The notes below the pieces were generated by a model that was not told the DNA's origin, searched no databases, and saw nothing but the letters and a program-made list of their open reading frames with translations. From positions 300,001-362,000 of the forward strand of contig NW_008806280.1 in assembly GCF_000400465.1 (NCBI RefSeq): 62,000 bases of DNA, given 5' to 3'. A program made the position numbers and the translations under genes. Each line of letters opens with the position of its first letter. Positions within the stretch are counted from its first letter, which is position 1. The stretch is from Wallemia ichthyophaga EXF-994 (Eukaryota; Fungi; Basidiomycota). Positions 25,930 to 36,219 of this stretch are shown piece after piece.

Positions 25930-28900
25930 TCAAGCCAGTCCAGCAGCAAGATATGATGTGAGCGATACTACTTCGTCGTAGCCTATCTTGAGTAGTATCC
26001 GCACCATTTCCCGCTGCACTTCTCCCCGATTGCGTTCCAACCTCTGCAGGCTAAGATGCGATAAGTTCCATAGCCGTGCGTCGGTTTCTGCGACCACTGT
26101 GCAATTCCTTTTTGAGCCTGAGATTCCTGATATTTCACCCGCCACCGTCCCCGTCAGCATTGTTTCATCTACTGGTGAACTGTGTCCATCGAACATGTAA
26201 GTAGCCCTGAGAATACCCCTCTCAATGAGATAATAGCTGTGTTTTCTAGTCAGCCTTTATCTGCTTCATTCAATCCATTCCTACCCGTTTGGCTCTTCAT
26301 TCTGTCTCCAAAGAATATCACCCGCCTTGAGATCCACTGGGGTGAAATATGGTGCGAGTTGTCTATAAAAGTCGATATGAGCATCAGTGTATGTCTTGAA
26401 TGTACCAATGATAAGCGATAGAGGTTGAGGATGTTTTTGGTGATTATCCTCACTCTCACCCTCACTCTCCTCCTCGCTGTCGAACACGTTAAGATTCTTT
26501 GATATACTACCAACTCTAGGAGTCTGGCCACCGTCAACCTCCTCTTCCTCCTCAAGGGGCGAGCAATTAAGCGCCAAGTTCTGAGTATGGACGTGTCCTT
26601 GATGAGCGTCTTCAGTAAAGTTGGCAGCGTCTTGAATGAGATTGTTACGCGGACTAGTTGACATACTTTCCGATATCCTAAACGCCATTTTATTATTATG
26701 TTTCTTCGGAAACTCCACCCCACCCGTCAGCGCGAGTGTCTGATATTTCTTATGCGACGCTGGATGTGAGTAGAGTCCTCTAAGATAAGAATTCTCGACG
26801 TATTCGAGTGCATCGTTGAGATCCTTCGCGACCTCTAGTCTGAATTCCTCCATATCAGACCAACACCCAACACTACGCAGTGCGATCCCAATGTTAGACT
26901 CTGGCGACTCGATCCCACAGAGCACGAGCGTCACATGTCGCGCGACGAGCAGCCGCGCGATACGAACAAACGATTCGGCTGCGGAGAAATCGACACCACT
27001 GACCAGCCTTAAATCTAGAATTAGGAAGCGCAGTGGGTTTTTGTCCCACTGAGCCGCATCGAGCATCTCCCTTGTCATCTCCTCCACTACGCTGATAGTA
27101 CCAAAGAAAAGGAAACCTTGCAATCGCATCACCTGCGTCTGCTTACCGACACGATGCAGGAAGGAGCGTTGGATGGCGTGTCGCCTCACTGTAGACTTGA
27201 GCGACTGTCCATTAAACACCGCTCGAACGGGCCGACGACGGGCGTTTTGCACTACGAAGAAGAGACATGCGAGGATTATCCCAATAATAACACCGAACAC
27301 AAAATCGAACAGTGTCATACTAACAATGATAGCCCACATTGTAAAATACTCAAGCTTGTTCACCTTCCCGAAGGTGTCCCAAACGGCTTCCTTGACGAGA
27401 TCGATCCCGAGGACAAAAATGAGCGTACCAACAGCCATAACAGGTATGAACGAGATGGCGCCTGGTCCAACGAGGGCTATTCCGACTGTTGCGAGTGTTA
27501 GCATATACCCAGACAGCTTACTCCCCCCGCCCGTTCTGTAGAAGAGTACAGAATTTGAGTAGACGAGGTAGTTGGGGAAGGTGCCAAGCAAGCCAGCCAA
27601 AGTGTTGGAGTAGCCATGCGCCACTAGCTCTTTATCGAGATCCACATTATCGACATCTAAACTGACACCTGGTAATTTGGTTTAGTAAAACCCACTGCTG
27701 AAGACGAAATTCTTACTCAGAGCCGGAACGTTAAGAGGTACGTGCAGTACGCTAAAAAATACAAGCGCAAGCTGGGTCGGTAGGGTCTCAAGTATACCCT
27801 TCCAGCTTACCGCTTTGAAATCAAAGTAGGAGTAGAATCTGTAAAAGGGCGCATTGGCACCGTCACCGACGTCAAAAATCCAATTGAGTTGACGAAGTTT
27901 GTCAAGTGGTATGTGAGCAGAGAGGACGACAATGTAGAAGATAATGGGAACGAAGATGAGGAAGACGGGTGTGATGAGTGGGTTGGAGAAGAAGTATGTG
28001 AGGATCCGCAGTACTACTGCCAGACACAGAGCGGGAAACCACTGCGAGAAAACTCTAAGATTGGTGAAGAGAAAAGAGATAGTAGACCAGCTATAAGTGA
28101 AACCTTCATTGTTAAGCCCAGCGGTGATCTCCAGTCCCGTTTCGAGGAGAAATACACCGACGCCGCCAATAGATCCAACGAGAATATGACGCGGGAAAAA
28201 CCCTATGAAAGCACCGAGTCTCATCTTTCCGAGGAGAAAGAAAGTGAGACCTACGAGCAAGCTGGAGAGAGCGAAGGTGACCATAGTAGTAGAAATGATT
28301 TCGTGTTTATTGGATGTGCTCTTCTCGATGATATCGACAAGGATATGGAAAAAAGGGACAGTCTCGATGATCATGGAGCCATTTCCACCAGAGAAGACGC
28401 TGCCGCCTGAGCTAAAGACGAGCTGACTAACAATGCAAGTGACGAGGAACATGGAGACGCCATCACCGCCAAAACCGGTAAAGGTTCTGCCTGGGGGAAA
28501 GGCGATCATGCCATAACTGACACCGTCGAGAATGTTGAGCATAAGGCCGAGCATTGTGGCAGGAATGACCTCCGAGACGGATTTGGCGGAGTATTTGAGG
28601 CTGTTTAAGATAAGCCTTGGTTTTGAGAGTTTTGATTGGCTGTTTTGATTGGATATATGGTCTGGGTGGTGGTATAGCAGAGGCGTAGAGTCGTTTGGGG
28701 GAGTTGGAGGGGTGACTTCGATGTGAGAAGTGCTTTGTGGGTTTTGAGAGTTTCTATGTCTAATTGAGGCCAAGTCCAAGTGTTTGTCTGAATCTCTTCT
28801 GGCTTCACCGATAACATCTAAAGAGTTATCCAGAGGGTTCTCGTCGTCGTGAACATTGTCATCCTCATCATCACGCTCATCGATTGGATTTTCATGTTCA

Positions 28901-29124
28901 AAGCTGAAATCGAATTCGTCGTGGCTACCCGATTCGTTCTCGGACATGGCCAAATTGGCTAAGTGAGCCGTCTTTGCTCTGTTTTCTGGACCAACTGAGA
29001 AATCCTGGGATCTGTGATTTGTGGGGTGAGCGGGTGCAATGCCTACAAACAAACCCACGCACTCTTCATCATTATTTGAAATGAAGCTATTTCTAGTCCT
29101 CCTCACTGAAGAATATGACGCCAT
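25930..29124 (-). CDS. SulP-family transporter with STAS and cNMP-binding-like domains (Vsb1/YGR125W-like)
   Basis: LNILDGVSYG, ETVPFFH, HVPLNVPAL|..DKELVAHG, YLVYSNSVLF, LQGFLFFGT and a C-terminal GTVAGE; two introns. Confidence 0.88.
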
Positions 29125-29379
29125 CCAGTTCTATTTCCTTATTTCCAATTTCTCACTTGATGACAGCAACTGCTGATAAGAGCAGGATCGGCGAGAAAAT
29201 CCTGATAAGGAGAGAATTTTCTCCCCTGAGCTGAATAATTGCACAAGGACAACCAGATAAGTATTAAAAGTAAAAGAGGTATATAAGGTATACAATTGAT
29301 ATTTACGTGTAAAAATCCACCACCACCTAAGCTTTAGTTAGTACTTAATTTTAATAGCACCCAATCACAGCCCAAATAA

Positions 29380-29453
29380 GTCTCAGGCATTTACTTTTAC
29401 TCTTATTGGTTGACATCAAAAGTTATCAGGCCTATCATACGGACATCATCGAC
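29380..29453 (-). ncRNA. Intronic box C/D snoRNA
   Basis: Minus strand: C box ATGATGT, D' CTGA, C' TTGATGT, D CTGA, terminal GTC/GAC pairs and an outer CAGCCCA/TGGGCTG stem. It lies inside a GTAAGT (29487)...TACTAAC (29343)...AG intron. Confidence 0.75.
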
Positions 29454-29749
29454 GTTGTGGGCTGTTGAGGCTGTATAGATAACTTACAGTAATTATATTC
29501 GGAGTGGATTTTACTGTGGTAATATCCACACTTGCACATCCACTCCATCCTCAACGTCCATTTCCAACCCGCGTCATGTGCTTTTTGAGAGCCGAGAAAT
29601 TTTAATTTCAAAATGGAAAATGGAAAATTTTGAGCACTCACTGAGCAGCAAATGGTGACTAAGGGGGGAGGGGGGTGTAAAAGATTTTATACAACACACA
29701 CGCTCAACTTCAACAAACACGTGCTAGTATGTGATAATAAGACATACCC

Positions 29750-31025
29750 CTACACCCCTCTAAACGTGTGTATGAGTTTAGGTGGCAGTTCATCGCTCCT
29801 CGCTGACCAAGATTCCCAGAATGCTTGCTCGTTAGTTTCGTTCAAATGGTGAAGCTGGTTGATCCGGCATTCTGCCTCTGTGCGCACGCGATCGATTTCC
29901 TTGACGAGGGAAGCCTGACGATCGAATTCGTTTCTCAGGGAGAGATTAGAGCGAACATACGCGGCGTACACCTCCAAGATGTGATCAGCCTGTTGGTGCA
30001 GCGCATGTATCTCACCCTGAAGCGTGTCGACATATTTCTCTATATCCGACTGTAGGGTGTGAGATTGAGCAAGAGATTCCCTTACCTCCCCTTTATCCTC
30101 CAACGCCTCCACTCTGGCCTGCAGACTGCGCATGCACTCTTCGTAGCGCGCGCGCAGACTGTCCGACCTCGAGCGCACACCTTCAGCATCGCCTAGCGCA
30201 CTCTCACTTTCGCTCACAATACTCGCCAGCTCGTCTACGTCACCATTCAGGATACTCATCTCGTCCGCTGTCAAGTTGTGGTCGGCATCCGCATCGATCA
30301 GCTGCGTCCAATGCACATGCACCGATGCGAGATGTGCGTTGAGAGTTGGGTGTATGTTCTGCCTAAACGCATCTAACCATGCTTCTACTCCCCGGAACTC
30401 ATCTAGCAGTGCATATCGACTTGGGAGTGGTCCTGCGTTGAGGAGCATTGTGAGACATCGCAGCAAATTTTTCGACGAGTACCCTGCCTGTGTGAGCGAT
30501 TGCTGGTACTGGTGCAGCGAGGTGATTATTGTGTTGAATACGTCTGTATCAACATACTCGGAGAAGGTGGAAGGGGTGTTGTGGTAGAAGGGAGAGTCTG
30601 AGGAATGTGTGGTATGTGTAGTGTGTGTAGGCAGCTGTATAGCGTCTAGCTGCAGAGCAGATTCTTTAAGCTTGGCCAGGTAGCTGCTTGTGATGCTTTT
30701 CAAGTGCTGGGCGGGTGTGTGAGATGACGTCATGTACACAAACCACACTGACTACGTCGATAGAGTTTATTTTAACGTATCGGGTGTGTAGCTGGTGAAT
30801 CTGTAGCTGATTTGACTATTGTAGATTAGAAATATCACCAGTGCGCCACCCTCCACGCACTTGAAGGAGCTGATTACACCTTGTGATAACACAATCAAGG
30901 TGACTATCCAACTGAGAGCATCTAGATTGATTAGATTTGACCACATCATGCGCTTGAATCATCAGCTTTTCAATTTTATTGAGATTTTGTATGTATTTCT
31001 TCGATTTGATCACAGCTTCAATCAT
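29750..31025 (-). CDS. Coiled-coil protein, Atg17-like; 3 exons
   Basis: Exons 31025-30861, a short middle exon, then ORF 29750-30748, joined by GT-AG introns. Helical patterns and the C-terminal EQAFWESW..ELPPKL resemble Atg17 (recall only). Confidence 0.5.
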
Positions 31026-31491
31026 GGCGGGTGAGAATGAAGCGATTACGCTGGACGAAATCCTGCCTATAGACGATAGCATGATAGAATATACCGAGAA
31101 GAGGGATAGATTTGCTGATATGTTCGAGCGCAGTGTGAGCAGCTTCGAGGGGAATGTGATGATTCTCGACAAGTACTGGTACAGCGACGATAAAAAGCTG
31201 GATAAAGTTACGCAATTTCTCCCGCACGCTGCAGAATTCAAGCTGAACGGATTGTATTATAATAGCCAATTTGAAGGCTGCTTGAAGGCATGTTTAGAGT
31301 TGCTGGGAAAACACAGCGAGTTGAGCGATAACAAGGAGATAAGGGATATCGTGATGAGGTCATTGAATAGATTAGAGGGGAGTGTAAAAGATGGCTATGT
31401 GGATTGGCTGTGTAGTAGGTACCCTTCTATACTGGCTAATGAAGCTGGCGTAGAAGACTCCAAGTTGTATAGAAGTGTAAAAGAGTTGTAA
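31024..31491 (+). CDS. Hypothetical acidic helical protein (about 155 aa)
   Basis: Uninterrupted ORF with protein-like composition. Start is 31024 or 31081. Confidence 0.65.
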   Translation: MAGENEAITLDEILPIDDSMIEYTEKRDRFADMFERSVSSFEGNVMILDKYWYSDDKKLDKVTQFLPHAAEFKLNGLYYNSQFEGCLKACLELLGKHSELSDNKEIRDIVMRSLNRLEGSVKDGYVDWLCSRYPSILANEAGVEDSKLYRSVKEL

Positions 31492-31528
31492 TTTAAATTC
31501 ATTTCCTCGTTGTTCTCCTACTTCCATT

Positions 31529-32350
31529 ATGGCCGATAACAGCGTAATCGATACCCTCACGGATAATCTAATCAATGAGATTCTATTTGAAATTGTCTTG
31601 GAAGCTAAGACGACGAGTACCAAGATGGATCTTCAGCGACAACAGTTGCAGTCCTCGTCGCTGCCTTCGTTGCAGCAGCAGCAGCAGCAAACCCACTTGC
31701 AATCCAACAACCCACGCGCATCCGGCGTTTCAAAAGGTCAAGGCGATCCACTAAACCCCAATTTCGAATGCTTGATATGCAATAGGTGGATTTCGTGCAA
31801 CCGATACGCACCGCACTTGAACAATTGTCTAGGGTTGAGGGGATCTAGGGGATCTACGAGAGCGGCAGCGAGTGTGGCAAGTGGGGCAAGTCAGGCGAGC
31901 TCAACACACTCCAACACAACAAACAACACAGCAGCCACCCACAAGCCGCCTACCAAACACACCAACTCGCACAGCAACTCAAGTAAGTTTGACTACTTGG
32001 ACTTGAGCAGCGTTAACCGATTTACCATGTAGTGGTGAATGTGAGTGGGAGTTTTTTCATTTGAATGTGAGTGGGAGTAACACACAGCTAACACACTACA
32101 GACACTCAAGCACACCAACAAACCACGCCAGTCGTCGCCGTTATCAAATACACCAACTCACACACAAGATTACCTCTTCAGCGATCTGCATAACATGTCC
32201 AAAGACCTCTTCTCTCCGAGTAACTCTGAAAGCTCAGCTTTGAGTTCACCGCCTAAGGGTGGGTCTAACACTGACACTTTGAGGCAGAGTGCGCAGAGTG
32301 CTGATAGTGCTGATATAGATTCATCCGGTTCAGAGGAAGAGTCTTTGTGA
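31529..32350 (+). CDS. SGF11: SAGA DUB module subunit Sgf11
   Basis: N-terminal helix, then zinc finger CLICNRWISCNRYAPHLNNC. The 3' part is joined through introns 31983-32032 and 32041-32101. Confidence 0.85.
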
Positions 32351-32390
32351 TGCGTTTGAAAATGTGGAATGCACGAATGAAATCATACGT

Positions 32391-32436
32391 ACACATACTC
32401 ATACTCATACACATACTCATACACATACTCGCACTC
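32391..32436. repeat. Degenerate CA/CTCATA microsatellite
   Basis: acacatactcatactcatacacatactcatacacatactcgcactc. Confidence 0.8.
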
Positions 32437-32499
32437 AAATAAATAATGATACTCAAACTCATATTCTTACTGTAACATTACATCATACGACATCCTAGT

Positions 32500-33168
32500 T
32501 CAATTTTCCTTCTTCTGGTAGCGATAATCACCTGCTTTCTCGATAGCCTTGACGTATGAGGGGTGTTGATGGAGACGCTGAGCATAAGACTGCAAACCCG
32601 GGCCGAGGTTGTCAGCTCTACCGCCATAAACGAGTACATCTACCGAGAAAGCGAGCATAAAGTCGCTGATGGTAGGATTGCCGCGTGAGTCGCCATCGAC
32701 GAGCCAACCCTGCTTGTTGCTGAGCTGATTCTCGACGACATTGATAGCGCTTGCGAGATTAGGCTCAACCCACTGGCTCAAGATCATACGCGGAACGACG
32801 GCCATAACCGGACGAAGAAGAACGGGGATCTTCTCGATGGAAATGGACAGAACGAGTTTGAAGACGCAGAAACTCATTAGACTGCCCTCGATGTAGTGTT
32901 TCCAGAAAACATCATCAGGGGAAGTGTAGTTGCCAGCGCCATATTTAGACACAAGGTACTCGATTATAGCGCCAGATTCAGAAAGGCTGGTGGATCCATC
33001 GACGAGAATTGGCGCATGACCTAGTTTGTCGACCTGCTTCAACTCAGGTGGAGCTAAACCGGAGGGAAGGCGCTTGTAGGTCTTGAGATCGTACTCTATG
33101 CCGAGCTCCTCAAGGACCCAGATGATGCGTATTGAGCGGGAGTTTTCGAGGTGGTGGAGTGTGATCAT
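32500..33168 (-). CDS. Glutathione S-transferase (Gtt1-like)
   Basis: ITLHHLENSRSIRIIWVLEELG, LGHAP, ESGAIIEYL. Confidence 0.93.
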   Translation of the reverse strand: MITLHHLENSRSIRIIWVLEELGIEYDLKTYKRLPSGLAPPELKQVDKLGHAPILVDGSTSLSESGAIIEYLVSKYGAGNYTSPDDVFWKHYIEGSLMSFCVFKLVLSISIEKIPVLLRPVMAVVPRMILSQWVEPNLASAINVVENQLSNKQGWLVDGDSRGNPTISDFMLAFSVDVLVYGGRADNLGPGLQSYAQRLHQHPSYVKAIEKAGDYRYQKKEN

Positions 33169-33670
33169 AGCAATTGTGATTTGTGATGGTGGTTGGTGGC
33201 CAAGTGGAGGGTGCGAATGGATACGTGATTAGGGGAGTGAGTTGAGTACATTATTCATGGCGGGTATTGCCGGCGTTGCCGGCGTTGATTTGTTCACTGC
33301 ATGCATCCTTGGCCCGGAAATACTTGGTTCGTTTGTCACCGTAAAAATTGAGTTTTAGGGGAGTGATATGATAGGGAAATGGGAGAATGAGACTGGTATT
33401 ACCCATTTATAGCCATTTATACAAACTCATGATGAAAATACCCCCCGATAAACCCAATCAGCCAATCAGAAGAGCAGTAATAGAAATAGGGGAGAGTTTT
33501 TAGCAGGTATTTTACCCCATCGAACGTGGAAACGGCGGGAGATTTATATTCGCTCAGGTACACCAAATAAAGTTGTTTCAGTTGGGCCTGGAATTGGCCT
33601 GATCGGTGGTGCCTTGGGAAGCTGGACAGAAAAATGGTTATCTTGGACCGCAACACCAGAAAAATAAGAA

Positions 33671-34090
33671 ATGGAGAATAGAAATAGACTTGTACAGAAG
33701 AGAACATCGACAGATACAATAAAGGCTGGAATAGGGATGCTGGGCAACCTACGCAGCAAGTCGTCGATGAGTAATGTGTCTATTGGCAGTGGCAGTGGGA
33801 GTAGTGGTAGCAGCAACTCCAGTCACTCCAGCCACCCGTATACTCACCGAACTCGAACACACTCACACTCCCCTTCAATCATTTCATTCAAATCATTCTC
33901 AGCGAGTTCCCAGCCAACCACTCCAACGACTCCAACGACTCCAAATATCCCAGTGTCAGCGATATCACCAATAGACTATCCAAATAGACCTCCACGCCGC
34001 TCCTCTAAAGCCCACTCAACCTCCACAACGCCAGATCCATTCAGCGCTACGAGCCAAAGCAGCTGGTTTAGTCCAGAGTTTAATCTCTAA
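33671..34090 (+). CDS. Hypothetical Ser/Thr/Pro-rich disordered protein
   Basis: 139-codon ATG ORF followed by an AT-rich 3' region; no family recognised. Confidence 0.55.
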   Translation: MENRNRLVQKRTSTDTIKAGIGMLGNLRSKSSMSNVSIGSGSGSSGSSNSSHSSHPYTHRTRTHSHSPSIISFKSFSASSQPTTPTTPTTPNIPVSAISPIDYPNRPPRRSSKAHSTSTTPDPFSATSQSSWFSPEFNL

Positions 34091-34183
34091 ATGGATTACA
34101 AGCATTTATATACCCAAAGCATAACCACAGCATATATTTATATTATTTATTTGTAAACGCCTTCCTTATCGACGTTGACATTT

Positions 34184-35103
34184 ATGTCCCTGAGTTTCCG
34201 AGTTAGTTGGCGTGTAAAGTAATGGTTGTGGCTTTGGCTTATTTGCATACTAGGAAAATGATCCTGGCAGTGTTGAGGCCCTGCTGAATGCCTTGAAACC
34301 GAGCTTGGATACGATTAACAGCGGCGATGGTGCGAGTAGCAGCACAAATACCACACAAGCCACACAGGATTCTCATAAAATACAATCCACCCCTCCCCCA
34401 CAGCGAAACCTCGAAATTGACTCGTTGCTCGACTTACTAGGTACGTCTCCAGGAAGGCAGACGCAGACGCAGCAGAACCACGACAATATCGAAACTCGGC
34501 GGCACTCTTACGCGTCTGCGCCAATGCCAATGCCAATGCCAATTTCAGCTCCAGTGTCGGCGTCTGCGCCTGCACCTGCACCACAACCTCAGCAACACCA
34601 TCAACCTGAACAAACTAACCCTATCAGTATCGAAGAAGCCACCCAGCTCCGTTCAATGACATTTCCGCAAGCACTCATGCTCATACCCACCCTACCCGCT
34701 GAGAAAACGGAGAAATTGAAAAAGATACAGGCGCAGCAACACAGGATAGAGAAGAGTCTGCATTCAGAGTGGAGCGTGATGAATAGCAAACATGTCAATG
34801 CGCGTAAAGAGCTCGACCAGAAGATGGCACTTGCTCGTATCGACTTGAGCAGAGATGTGAGTAGACTAGATAGCGATTTCAAACGCAGAGAGGACGCTTT
34901 TAAGGCCAAGGCACAGGCAAGGTGGTATGATTTGGTGAGTGAGAATCTTTGTGGATGAAATTAGTCTCACCTCGTCACAGCGCCAGTCTCAACAATCTCA
35001 ACTAGAAGCACTACATATTCCCTGCTTTTACCAAACTGATGACAGCGGTGTGCTGTCTACGCAGGCTAAGATATTGAACGCTATTTTGTCGCAGCATGGA
35101 TAA
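34184..35103 (+). CDS. Hypothetical protein with C-terminal coiled coil (possibly DUF2458-like)
   Basis: MSLSFR|ENDPGSVEALL...RWYDL|RQSQQSQLEALHIPCF...*; two GT-AG introns keep the frame. Confidence 0.65.
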
Positions 35104-35121
35104 CCACGTACAAGCTATAAA

Positions 35122-36195
35122 CTACTTTTTCATGAAGAAGGAATTGAGACTGCTCTGTCCTTTTGATGTGGACTTTGATGGTGGTGGTGGTTTCGAAGGT
35201 GGTTTTGGGGCTGTTTTTGGTTTCGATTTGGAATTTGAATTGGGATTGGGATTGGAATTGGGCTCAGATGGTGCAGCGTCAATAGATGCACCCTCCTCAC
35301 CATCCTCACCCCCACTCACCCACTCATCCACATCCTCAGTCACCATGTAACCCTTTTCGTTCATCCGCGTCAAGCTCTTTGTCAGCTTGCGCTTTTTTGT
35401 CTTGTTGGTGTTGCTTTGTGTGGTGTGTTTTGACTGCGTGTCTGACTGGACATTTGTCTGCGCTGGCGGTGGTGCTTCTGGAGGTGATGAAATGATAAGG
35501 TCTTCCTCTTCGTCTGATTCGATAACACGGCGCTTGTTGGTAGCTTTCTTGGGGGGATTTGAGGGTGGAGCTGGTTGTGGTGGTTTGTTTTGTTTAGTGG
35601 GTTGTTTAGTGGGTTGTTTAGTAGGTTGTTTAACCTCCTGCTGCTTAACTGGCTTGGATTGCTTCTCCTGCTTGCTGTCTCTCTGTTTCACCTTCTCGCG
35701 CGCGTTAATCACGTCACCAAAGTACTCCAACTCGTAGTTGAGTATAGGAGTAAGATCAGCCAGCTTGAATGGTGATAACGCGTGAACGTAGATGGAGTGT
35801 TCTTCGTCATACCTCGAGCGAGAGGCTGGAGAGGTGAGGTTATATAAGGCGATGAGCACGCAACCAGTACTCACACTGCACAGTACTCAAGTCAGCGATT
35901 AGCTGCGATTGAATACCACTGCCCACTCTACCCGTAATTGCAATCACTGGGTGTAAAGAGGTGTTGTTGCGGTAGTAGTGTAGGAGATGGCTGGTGGGCG
36001 TCTTAAATGCAATCGATAATATTCATTACGTCACTTACTTTTTGGCTGCATTGATATGCTCACCAGTTGCATGACTCAGTATACGTGCTGTGACCTGGGG
36101 GAAGTGAGCATAAGCAAGAGGAACGAGAGAATACAAACCACGCTGCTATCATCTTTGAGCCATTTATCGAGTAATTTGTTTTGTATAACGCTCAT
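35122..36195 (-). CDS. POL32: DNA polymerase delta subunit 3 (Pol32/Cdc27)
   Basis: N-terminal VTARILSHATGEHINAAK, KGYMVTED motif and C-terminal PIP box QSSLNSFF; three introns. Confidence 0.88.
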
Positions 36196-36219
36196 GGTGG
36201 TAGCTAACCAGCCGTTGTA

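Noticed and set aside
11319-29124. Possible osmoadaptation cluster (mannitol dehydrogenase, hydrophilic small protein, Nik1, SulP)
   Set aside because: These genes are interleaved with unrelated housekeeping genes and share no visible regulatory motif; proximity is expected at this gene density.
33417-33719. 96-100 aa minus-strand ORF
   Set aside because: It overlaps the start of the 33671 gene and a CCAAT-rich promoter-like region and has no recognisable motif; unsupported.
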